Virus record (IMG/VR): IMGVR_UViG_2778261177_000001
Coordinates: 1 to 6,516 of that record
Reading direction: 5' to 3' (one strand)
DNA length: 6,516 nucleotides
DNA from: a virus
Taxonomy: Duplodnaviria > Heunggongvirae > Uroviricota > Caudoviricetes
In this document: in pieces, positions 1-6,516 of the stretch
How positions within the stretch are numbered: position 1 is the first letter of the stretch
Layout: each line of letters opens with the position of its first letter
Program-made: the position numbers and the translations under genes
The notes under the pieces: generated by a model
Database searches by the model: none
Seen by the model: only the letters and a program-made list of their open reading frames with translations
What the model was told of the DNA's origin: nothing

Positions 1-418
<418 letters not shown>

Positions 419-441
<23 letters not shown>

Positions 442-637
442 TTCTGATCCTCTTCAAAAGGCTACCTGTTACTGGTCGATTTAAGTCAACCTTTACCGCT
501 GATTCGTGGAACAGATACTCTCTTCCATCCTTAACCGGAGGAGGGAATATCCTGCATTCGCGTACCCATCGACGAACTGTTTCAAGGCTTCTTGGACGTC
601 GCTGGCGTGCGTTCCACTCCTGAAGTGTCAAGTACAT
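419..637 (-). CDS. xis: excisionase Xis (lambda-type)
   Basis: 72-aa ORF MYLTLQEWNARQRRPRSLETVRRWVRECRIFPPPVKDGREYLFHESAVKVDLNRPVTGSLLKRIRNGKKAKS, essentially identical to lambda Xis from memory. SD GGAG lies 8 nt upstream of the ATG. The 3' end overlaps the int start by 23 nt. Confidence 0.92.
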
Positions 638-664
638 CGCAAAGTCTCCGCAATTACACGCAAG

Positions 665-685
665 AAAAAACCGCCATCAGGCGGC
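665..685 (-). terminator. candidate intrinsic terminator between the Cys-rich gene and xis (minus-strand sense)
   Basis: Minus-strand RNA would read CCGCC-UGAU-GGCGG (5-bp all-GC stem, 4-nt loop) followed directly by UUUUUU. The stem is short, so strength is uncertain. Confidence 0.4.
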
Positions 686-727
686 TTGGTGTTCTTTCAG
701 TTCTTCAATTCGAATATTGGTTACGTC

Positions 728-1027
728 TTATTCGATGCGCACTCCTGGTATTTCGCCTTTTGATATTGCTAAGTCATAAATTTGCGCGGCACTATACCCA
801 TCTCGCATCCATGAATCTAAGGCGCGAACAGCCTCGCTACGCTTTTTATCTTCTCTCTCATTTTTGATATCAACGAGGACATCAACGCAATTAAGGCAAA
901 TGTGGATTTTGTCCTTACATTCGATCATGGCGGCTTTGCCATGATTTCCGCCACACAGTGAGCATAAATCTTCAGGGGCTGGCTGGTATTTCTGTAACGT
1001 TAGAGGGTTGAATGTTGAACAGGCCAT
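728..1027 (-). CDS. small Cys-rich putative zinc-ribbon protein, hypothetical; occupies the lambda ea8.5 position, possibly Ea8.5-like
   Basis: ORF 728..1039 in the track. I prefer the ATG at 1027 (MACSTFNPL...) because GGAG at 1034..1037 sits 6 nt upstream, whereas the ATG at 1039 has no SD. Cys spacing is C-x2-C-x11-C-x6-C-x2-C, followed by a helical-looking C-terminal half. Stop is TAA at 728..730. Confidence 0.6.
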   Translation of the reverse strand: MACSTFNPLTLQKYQPAPEDLCSLCGGNHGKAAMIECKDKIHICLNCVDVLVDIKNEREDKKRSEAVRALDSWMRDGYSAAQIYDLAISKGEIPGVRIE

Positions 1028-1037
1028 AATCATCTCC

Positions 1038-1064
1038 ATAAAACAAAACTCGCCGTAGCGAGTT
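1038..1064 (-). terminator. terminator-like hairpin plus U-tract immediately 5' of the Cys-rich gene start (minus-strand sense)
   Basis: Minus-strand RNA AACUCGC-UACG-GCGAGUU (7-bp stem, 4-nt loop) followed by UUGUUUUAU. The U-tract abuts the SD and start codon. Confidence 0.3.
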
Positions 1065-1065
1065 C

Positions 1066-1096
1066 AGATAAAAGAAATCCCCGCGAGTGCGAGGAT
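1066..1096 (-). terminator. candidate intrinsic terminator in the intergenic leader (minus-strand sense)
   Basis: Minus-strand RNA AUCCUCGC-ACUC-GCGGGGAU (8-bp stem including one G-U pair, 4-nt loop) followed by UUUCUUUUAU. Confidence 0.45.
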
Positions 1097-1221
1097 AGTT
1101 ATTCATTGTCGATATTTACATTTATTTCGAATATCTTTACTGGGTAATCGCCAAAGTCATATGTTTTTTATTCTGTTTTATAAGCACTACCAAGTACTGC
1201 TTATTACAAATAAGAAAAGGC

Positions 1222-1253
1222 TGAAAAAATATTTAAGGCCACAACTGTGGCCC
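1222..1253 (-). terminator. candidate intrinsic terminator downstream of the DUF1311-like gene (minus-strand sense)
   Basis: Begins 10 nt after the TAA stop. Minus-strand RNA GGCCAC-AGUU-GUGGCC (6-bp stem) followed by UUAAAUAUUUUUU. The U-run is slightly offset from the stem. Confidence 0.45.
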
Positions 1254-1262
1254 TAAATTTAC

Positions 1263-1961
1263 TTACGGCACTGCGTTAATCAGATTACAAATACCTCTTT
1301 TGGCAGGGTCTGAATTCAACTTCTGAAAATTGGCGTTCAACATAGCCGTGTGTAAGTGATTCTCAACCTCAAAGAATAAGTCGATTTTGCCCTCTTTGGC
1401 TGCCTGTTTCTTCCAAATATTCACTTGGTCATCAGCAATACGACTGGCGCAAGTGAACAAGAACGAACTGCCTCTAGGAATGGATGTCGTGCTGTAATAC
1501 TCACCATCTACTTCTACATATTTAGCTCGGAATGACTCTAAGGTTAGCTCATTGCCGTTCTTGACCGACTTAGCTTCTGCCTTACTTGTTTCTTCCTGCT
1601 CTTCAGAATGTTTCTGCGCCGACGTGGGTATGTCATTGGCCGCTGTTACGCTGACTGAACTCCCCAAACCTTTGAGGCCATTAATTTGGATAAGATAAGC
1701 CAGCTCCAGAGCCTTATTATCAGTGAGTTTTCCACGCATATTTACCCACTGACGTTGAACCATTTTTAGGGTGTCTGCGTTCTCTGGGTTTCCTTTGAGG
1801 GCACTAGAATAGGCAGAGCTAAGCTGTTCGTCTAATTTTGACAGACGTTCGTTATCGCAGATTTTATGTTCGATTGCTGTCGAAGCCTTTTGGCAGTCAA
1901 AGCTGGCTGCAAATGCACCCGGCGATGCCACTAACAATGATGCCAGTAGGATATTTTTCAT
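1263..1961 (-). CDS. secreted DUF1311 / lysozyme-inhibitor LprI-like family protein (moron)
   Basis: Track ORF 1263..1988. I prefer the ATG at 1961 (MKNILLASLLVASPGAFAASFDCQKAST...) because GGAG lies 6 nt upstream and it starts a canonical signal peptide (K, hydrophobic core, AFA-A cleavage-like site). The mature N-terminus FDCQKASTAIEHKICDNERLSKLDEQL...Y...QRQW matches my memory of the DUF1311/LprI N-terminal motif. Stop is TAA at 1263..1265. Confidence 0.75.
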   Translation of the reverse strand: MKNILLASLLVASPGAFAASFDCQKASTAIEHKICDNERLSKLDEQLSSAYSSALKGNPENADTLKMVQRQWVNMRGKLTDNKALELAYLIQINGLKGLGSSVSVTAANDIPTSAQKHSEEQEETSKAEAKSVKNGNELTLESFRAKYVEVDGEYYSTTSIPRGSSFLFTCASRIADDQVNIWKKQAAKEGKIDLFFEVENHLHTAMLNANFQKLNSDPAKRGICNLINAVP

Positions 1962-1984
1962 ATTCACTCCATAAATACAAAAGC

Positions 1985-2000
1985 GCATTACTATAGCACT
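1985..2000 (-). promoter_or_regulatory. candidate extended -10 sigma70 promoter for the DUF1311-like gene
   Basis: Minus strand reads GTGcTATAGT, a TGn-TATAGT extended -10 (plus coordinates 1990..1998), about 30 nt upstream of the ATG at 1961. No convincing -35 hexamer. Confidence 0.35.
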
Positions 2001-2091
2001 TAACCGATCGCTTATCTCGCCCGTTCGTCATTCTTATCTAACCAGAACATGCGACTGCCACAGCACATGTCGAGGATTGCTGCATGTCCAG

Positions 2092-2529
2092 TCACTGGTT
2101 GCCTCCTTTGCGAAGCTGGGCGGCTAACTCATCACATATGTGCGTCAAAGAGCAAAGTTTGATTGATGGGTGTTCGCGCATCATCTCAACCCCCTGCGCC
2201 CGCACTTCAGACAGGAAAGAGTCGGTGGCTGGGGTTTCAACACGGATGCTGTCGCGCAAGATGAAAAATGCATTGAGCATTCCAGTCTCTGGCACTTCAT
2301 CCTGATGCTTCTCATACGCATCAAGAGCCTTCATCATCTCTGCTCCGAATGGTTGAGGGTGCACAGACTTCAGCTCCGCATTCTCCGCCGCCAGCGCCGC
2401 GCACTTGGCCTCCGCTTCAGCAAATTTGCGTACCAGATATTCAGCATTTGTTTCGTTAACCTTTAAATCACATGGGATGCATTTACCTTTCAGAAATCCA
2501 TCCATCTCAATTAGTGTCATTCGTTTCAT
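2092..2529 (-). CDS. hypothetical protein (145 aa; coiled-coil-like central segment, CxxC near N-terminus and CxxxxxC near C-terminus)
   Basis: Track ORF 2092..2547 begins at a GTG. I prefer the ATG at 2529, which overlaps the upstream small-ORF stop as ATGA (translational coupling) and has GGAG 9 nt upstream. Stop is TGA at 2092..2094. Start is ambiguous between 2547 (GTG), 2529 and 2520. Confidence 0.6.
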   Translation of the reverse strand: MKRMTLIEMDGFLKGKCIPCDLKVNETNAEYLVRKFAEAEAKCAALAAENAELKSVHPQPFGAEMMKALDAYEKHQDEVPETGMLNAFFILRDSIRVETPATDSFLSEVRAQGVEMMREHPSIKLCSLTHICDELAAQLRKGGNQ

Positions 2530-2690
2530 TTCTTCCCACTCCGCCACATCGCATTCAGATATTTGTTTTGATTCACTGACGGAGAAGAATTTCTCTTAAG
2601 CAATTCCTCTCTCGATGGCATTGGCTTTACGCGTTGGCGAATAATCATTTCTGCCGGAAGAATGCCGGGATTGTATGCAAGTCCTCTCAT
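2526..2690 (-). CDS. small hypothetical protein (54 aa), middle gene of a coupled three-gene cassette
   Basis: ATG at 2690 is preceded by GAGGA 7 nt upstream, directly after the TGA stop of the 98-aa gene. Its stop overlaps the next gene start (ATGA). This is the 3' part of track ORF 2526..2843, whose full length starts at TTG and overlaps the 98-aa gene. Confidence 0.4.
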   Translation of the reverse strand: MRGLAYNPGILPAEMIIRQRVKPMPSREELLKRNSSPSVNQNKYLNAMWRSGKK

Positions 2691-2700
2691 GGTAAATTCC

Positions 2701-2997
2701 TCAGTCATTACTGATAGCGCCATAGCGTGAGCGGTAATTACGCAGGCGCGGGTCGATATATTCAGGGAAGTGGGTATATGTGGCTTTGCGGAATGGTCGG
2801 ATTGATGTCTGGTAAATTCGCTCGCGTTCTTCTTTCTCTGCAAGCCATATACAGTGGCGAAATTCCTTTTCCTCTTTCGTTTCCTGCGGTAGAGACATTA
2901 TCCGGTCGTAGTTTTTCCTGAATTTATCCAGCACCTCCGATACGGAATTGCCGGAACAGCGGCGCGCGTCATCCGCACCATACAGAGGCGCTGGCAT
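2701..2997 (-). CDS. hypothetical protein (98 aa, basic, Arg/Lys/Glu-rich)
   Basis: ATG at 2997 with strong SD AGGAGA 5 nt upstream (minus strand aatcAGGAGAaaatcATG). Stop is TGA at 2701..2703. No family recognised. Confidence 0.65.
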   Translation of the reverse strand: MPAPLYGADDARRCSGNSVSEVLDKFRKNYDRIMSLPQETKEEKEFRHCIWLAEKEERERIYQTSIRPFRKATYTHFPEYIDPRLRNYRSRYGAISND

Positions 2998-3054
2998 GAT
3001 TTTCTCCTGATTAAATTGCGTGAATAGCGTGACGAGGGAAGGGGAGAGTTACTG

Positions 3055-5913
3055 GTGCAAAGGGTATACCCGAACACGGCACTGGTTGGCGTGCAGGTGG
3101 ACTCGGAGCAGTTCGGCAGCCAGCAGGTGAGCCGTAATTATCATCTTCGCGGGCGCATTCTGCAGGTGCCGTCGAACTATAACCCGCAGACGCGGCAATA
3201 CAGCGGTATCTGGGACGGAACGTTTAAGCCAGCATACAGCAACAACATGGCCTGGTGTCTGTGGGATATGCTGACCCATCCGCGCTACGGCATGGGGAAA
3301 CGTCTCGGTGCGGCGGATGTGGATAAATGGGCGCTGTATGTCATCGGCCAGAATTGCGACCAGTCGGTGCCGGACGGCTTTGGCGGTACGGAGCCGCGCA
3401 TCACCTGTAACGCTTACCTGACCACACAACGTAAGGCGTGGGATGTGCTCAGTGATTTCTGCTCGGCGATGCGCTGTATGCCGGTATGGAACGGGCAGAC
3501 GCTGACGTTCGTGCAGGACCGACCGTCGGATAAGGTGTGGACCTATAACCGCAGTAATGTGGTGATGCCGGATGATGGCGCGCCGTTCCGCTACAGCTTC
3601 AGCGCCCTGAAGGACCGCCATAATGCCGTTGAGGTGAACTGGATTGACCCGAATAACGGCTGGGAGACGGCGACAGAGCTTGTGGAGGACACGCAGGCCA
3701 TTGCCCGTTACGGTCGTAACGTCACGAAGATGGATGCTTTTGGCTGTACCAGCCGGGGGCAGGCACACCGCGCCGGGCTGTGGCTGATTAAAACAGAACT
3801 GCTGGAAACGCAGACCGTGGACTTCAGCGTGGGTGCCGAAGGGCTTCGCCATGTGCCGGGTGATGTTATTGAAATCTGCGATGATGATTATGCGGGTATC
3901 AGCACCGGCGGGCGTGTGCTGGCGGTGAACAGCCAGACCCGGACGCTGACGCTCGACCGTGAAATCACGCTGCCATCCTCCGGCACCACGCTGATAAGCC
4001 TGGTTGACGGGCAGGGGAATCCGGTCAGCGTGGAGGTTCAGTCCGTCACCGACGGCGTGAAGGTGAAAGTGAGCCGGGTTCCTGACGGCGTTGCAGAATA
4101 CAGCGTGTGGGGGCTGAAGCTGCCGACGCTGCGCCAGCGCCTGTTCCGCTGCGTGAGTATCCGTGAGAACGACGACGGCACGTATGCCATCACCGCCGTG
4201 CAGCATGTACCGGAAAAAGAGGCCATCGTGGATAACGGGGCGCACTTTGACGGCGACCAGAGCGGCACGGTAAATGGTGTCACGCCGCCAGCGGTGCAGC
4301 ACCTGACCGCAGAAGTCACCGCAGACAGCGGGGAATATCAGGTGCTGGCGCGCTGGGACACGCCGAAGGTGGTGAAGGGGGTGAGCTTTATGCTTCGCCT
4401 GACCGTGGCAGCGGATGACGGTAGTGAGCGGCTGGTCAGCACGGCCCGGACGGCGGAAACCACATACCGTTTCACACAACTGGCGCTGGGGAACTACACG
4501 CTGACGGTCCGGGCGGTAAATGCGTGGGGGCAGCAGGGCGATCCGGCGTCGGTATCGTTCCGGATTGCCGCACCGGCAGCACCGTCGAGGATTGAGCTGA
4601 CGCCGGGCTATTTTCAGATAACCGCCACGCCGCATCTTGCGGTTTATGATCCGACGGTACAGTTTGAGTTCTGGTTCTCGGAAAAGCGGATTGCGGATAT
4701 CAGGCAGGTTGAAACCACAGCCCGCTATCTTGGCATGGCGCTGTACTGGATAGCTGCCAGTATCAATATCAGGCCGGGCCATAATTATTATTTTTACGTT
4801 CGCAGTGTGAACACCGTTGGCAAATCGGCATTTGTGGAGGCTGTTGGCCAGCCGAGTGATGATGCATCCGGCTATCTGGATTTTTTCAAAGGCGAGATAG
4901 GGAAAACCCATCTGGCTCAGGAGTTGTGGACGCAGATTGATAACGGTCAGCTTGCGCCTGACCTGGCTGAAATCAGGACGTCCATTACGGGTGTCAGCAA
5001 TGAAATCACGCAGACCGTCAATAAGAAACTGGAAGACCAGAGCGCGGCAATCCAGCAGATACAGAAGGTTCAGGTTGATACAAATAATAACCTGAACAGC
5101 ATGTGGGCTGTGAAGCTGCAGCAGATGCAGGACGGACGCCTTTATATCGCGGGTATTGGTGCCGGTATTGAGAATACTCCTGACGGTATGCAGAGTCAGG
5201 TGCTGCTGGCGGCGGACAGGATTGCGATGATTAATCCTGCGAATGGCAACACAAAGCCGATGTTTGTTGGTCAGGGTGATCAGATATTCATGAACGAAGT
5301 GTTCCTGAAGTATCTGACGGCTCCCACCATTACCAGCGGCGGTAATCCTCCGGCATTTTCCCTGACACCGGACGGGCGGCTGACGGCGAAAAATGCCGAT
5401 ATCAGCGGTAACGTGAATGCGAACTCCGGGACGCTCAACAACGTCACGATTAACGAGAACTGTCAGATTAAGGGGAAACTGTCCGCCAACCAGATTGAGG
5501 GCGATATTGTCAAAACAGTGGGTAAGGCTTTCCCGCGGGACTCCCGGGCACCGGAGCGGTGGCCATCAGGAACCATTACCGTCAGGATTTATGACGATCA
5601 GCCTTTTGACCGGCAGATTGTTATTCCAGCGGTGGCTTTCAGCGGTGCCAGACATGAGCGGGAGAATAGCGATACTTATTCGTCATGCCGCCTGATAGTG
5701 AAGAAAAACGGGGCTGAAATTTATAACCGAACGGCTCTGGATAATACGCTGATATACACGGGTGTTATTGATATGCCTGCAGGCAGTGGCGTAATGACAC
5801 TGGAGTTTTCTGTATCAGCATGGTGGGTAAATGACTGGTATCCCACAGCAAGTATCAGCGATTTGCTGGTTGTTGTGATGAAGAAAGCCACTGCAGGCAT
5901 CACGATTAGCTGA
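3055..5913 (+). CDS. J: host specificity / central tail fibre protein J, 5'-truncated (lacks about 180 N-terminal residues; probable pseudogene or remnant)
   Basis: 952-codon frame. From about 3064 ([69 protein letters not shown]...) it matches lambda J from around residue 183 to the C-terminus, as I recall it. An in-frame TAG at 3025..3027 and the divergent gene starting at 2997 leave no room for the J N-terminus. Track start 3055 is a GTG with GGAG about 8 nt upstream. Stop is TGA at 5911..5913. Confidence 0.88.
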   Translation: MQRVYPNTALVGVQVDSEQFGSQQVSRNYHLRGRILQVPSNYNPQTRQYSGIWDGTFKPAYSNNMAWCLWDMLTHPRYGMGKRLGAADVDKWALYVIGQNCDQSVPDGFGGTEPRITCNAYLTTQRKAWDVLSDFCSAMRCMPVWNGQTLTFVQDRPSDKVWTYNRSNVVMPDDGAPFRYSFSALKDRHNAVEVNWIDPNNGWETATELVEDTQAIARYGRNVTKMDAFGCTSRGQAHRAGLWLIKTELLETQTVDFSVGAEGLRHVPGDVIEICDDDYAGISTGGRVLAVNSQTRTLTLDREITLPSSGTTLISLVDGQGNPVSVEVQSVTDGVKVKVSRVPDGVAEYSVWGLKLPTLRQRLFRCVSIRENDDGTYAITAVQHVPEKEAIVDNGAHFDGDQSGTVNGVTPPAVQHLTAEVTADSGEYQVLARWDTPKVVKGVSFMLRLTVAADDGSERLVSTARTAETTYRFTQLALGNYTLTVRAVNAWGQQGDPASVSFRIAAPAAPSRIELTPGYFQITATPHLAVYDPTVQFEFWFSEKRIADIRQVETTARYLGMALYWIAASINIRPGHNYYFYVRSVNTVGKSAFVEAVGQPSDDASGYLDFFKGEIGKTHLAQELWTQIDNGQLAPDLAEIRTSITGVSNEITQTVNKKLEDQSAAIQQIQKVQVDTNNNLNSMWAVKLQQMQDGRLYIAGIGAGIENTPDGMQSQVLLAADRIAMINPANGNTKPMFVGQGDQIFMNEVFLKYLTAPTITSGGNPPAFSLTPDGRLTAKNADISGNVNANSGTLNNVTINENCQIKGKLSANQIEGDIVKTVGKAFPRDSRAPERWPSGTITVRIYDDQPFDRQIVIPAVAFSGARHERENSDTYSSCRLIVKKNGAEIYNRTALDNTLIYTGVIDMPAGSGVMTLEFSVSAWWVNDWYPTASISDLLVVVMKKATAGITIS

Positions 5914-5931
5914 ATTTTATAACCCAGATAC

Positions 5932-5959
5932 GGGCGCCAGAAATGGCGCCTTTTTTATT
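5932..5959 (+). terminator. rho-independent terminator downstream of J
   Basis: GGCGCC-AGAAAU-GGCGCC (6-bp GC-rich stem, 6-nt loop) followed by UUUUUUAUU, 19 nt after the J stop. Confidence 0.7.
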
Positions 5960-5980
5960 GCAGAAAAGCGAGAGGTAATT

Positions 5981-6516
5981 ATGCGTAAAGTTTGTGCAGC
6001 CATTTTGTCCGCAGCCATCTGTCTGGCCGTATCCGGTGCGCCTTCATGGGCGTCTGAGCAGCAGGCCACACTGAGCGCAGGGTATCTTCATGCCCGTACG
6101 AACGCTCCCGGCAGCGATAATCTGAACGGGATTAACGTGAAATACCGTTATGAGTTTACGGACACGCTGGGGCTGATTACGTCCTTCAGTTATGCCAATG
6201 CTGAAGATGAGCAAAAAACGCATTACAGCGATACCCGCTGGCATGAGGATTCCGTGCGTAACCGCTGGTTCAGCGTGATGGCGGGACCGTCTGTGCGCGT
6301 GAATGAATGGTTCAGCGCGTATGCGATGGCGGGTGTGGCTTACAGCCGTGTGTCGACTTTCTCCGGGGATTATCTCCGCGTAACTGACAACAAGGGGAAA
6401 ACGCATGATGTGCTGACCGGAAGTGATGACGGTCGCCACAGCAACACGTCTCTGGCGTGGTGGGCTGGCGTGCAGTTTAACCCGACCGAATCCGTGGCCA
6501 TTGATATTGCTTATGA
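5981..6516 (+). CDS. lom: outer membrane protein Lom (Ail/Lom family beta-barrel), 5' portion; continues beyond window end
   Basis: ATG at 5981 with SD AGAGG 5 nt upstream. Translation MRKVCAAILSAAICLAVSGAPSWASEQQATLSAGYLHARTNAPGSDNLNGINVKYRYEFTDTLGL... closely matches lambda Lom including the signal peptide. Open to the window end, so absent from the ORF track. Confidence 0.9.
   Translation, partial: MRKVCAAILSAAICLAVSGAPSWASEQQATLSAGYLHARTNAPGSDNLNGINVKYRYEFTDTLGLITSFSYANAEDEQKTHYSDTRWHEDSVRNRWFSVMAGPSVRVNEWFSAYAMAGVAYSRVSTFSGDYLRVTDNKGKTHDVLTGSDDGRHSNTSLAWWAGVQFNPTESVAIDIAY

Noticed and set aside
506-867. Plus-strand ORFs 506..763 and 592..867
   Set aside because: Antisense to xis and to the Cys-rich gene, with no RBS; the minus-strand genes have recognisable products and signals.
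1962-1988. Upstream ATG at 1988 as start of the DUF1311-like gene (MRFCIYGVN extension)
   Set aside because: It would place the start inside the candidate promoter and leader and put 9 residues before the signal peptide. The ATG at 1961 has a properly spaced GGAG and begins a canonical signal peptide.
2526-2843. Full-length 105-aa minus-strand ORF
   Set aside because: It starts at TTG and overlaps most of the 3' half of the 98-aa gene in another frame. Only its last 54 codons, which have their own SD and ATG at 2690, are plausibly translated.
2084-2921. Plus-strand ORFs 2084..2305, 2170..2466, 2405..2599 and 2727..2921
   Set aside because: All are antisense to the minus-strand cassette, which has SD sequences and coupled stop/start overlaps. 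None has a convincing start context.
2998-3054. Possible sigma70 promoter for the three-gene cassette (TTGCAC-like -35 on the minus strand)
   Set aside because: No -10 hexamer at acceptable spacing (the nearest TA-rich hexamers are 28 nt away or lack a -35), so no promoter is called. Transcription may start inside the J remnant or be weak.
3049-4911. 620-aa minus-strand ORF inside the J region
   Set aside because: It is antisense to the well-supported J reading frame. Its Arg/His/Pro-rich, low-complexity composition is typical of spurious antisense frames in GC-rich, codon-biased genes.
4038-5903. Short internal ORFs 4038..4319 (-), 5417..5695 (+) and 5721..5903 (-)
   Set aside because: All lie inside J, off-frame or antisense, with no independent support.
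5948-5960. Partial resemblance of gccttttttattg to the lambda att core (GCTTTTTTATACTAA)
   Set aside because: Only the T-run and a few flanking bases match. The sequence is fully explained as the U-tract of the terminator after J, and an att site is not expected between J and lom.
6044-6439. 131-aa minus-strand ORF overlapping lom
   Set aside because: Antisense to lom, whose translation matches lambda Lom; no SD; Arg/His-rich artefact.

Overview
The window reads as a heavily deleted lambdoid prophage remnant, probably in an enterobacterial chromosome, shown in prophage (permuted) gene order. All calls rest on reading the sequence and recalling lambda protein sequences from memory; no database search was run. 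Left end (minus strand): the 5' part of a lambda-type integrase (1..441, runs off the window) overlapped by a lambda-like xis (419..637). Next come five minus-strand accessory genes in the position of the lambda ea region: a small Cys-rich protein (728..1027), a self-contained secreted DUF1311/LprI-like gene with its own promoter and terminator (1263..1961), and a three-gene cassette of unknown function (2092..2997). Right end (plus strand): a J host-specificity gene lacking about 180 N-terminal codons (3055..5913), an intrinsic terminator, and the start of lom (5981 to window end). The junction at about 2998..3064 joins early-left accessory DNA directly to the middle of J, so the immunity, replication, lysis, head and most tail genes appear to have been deleted. 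The best candidates for an undescribed function are the three-gene cassette and the DUF1311-like moron. I could not assign either a function from sequence alone.
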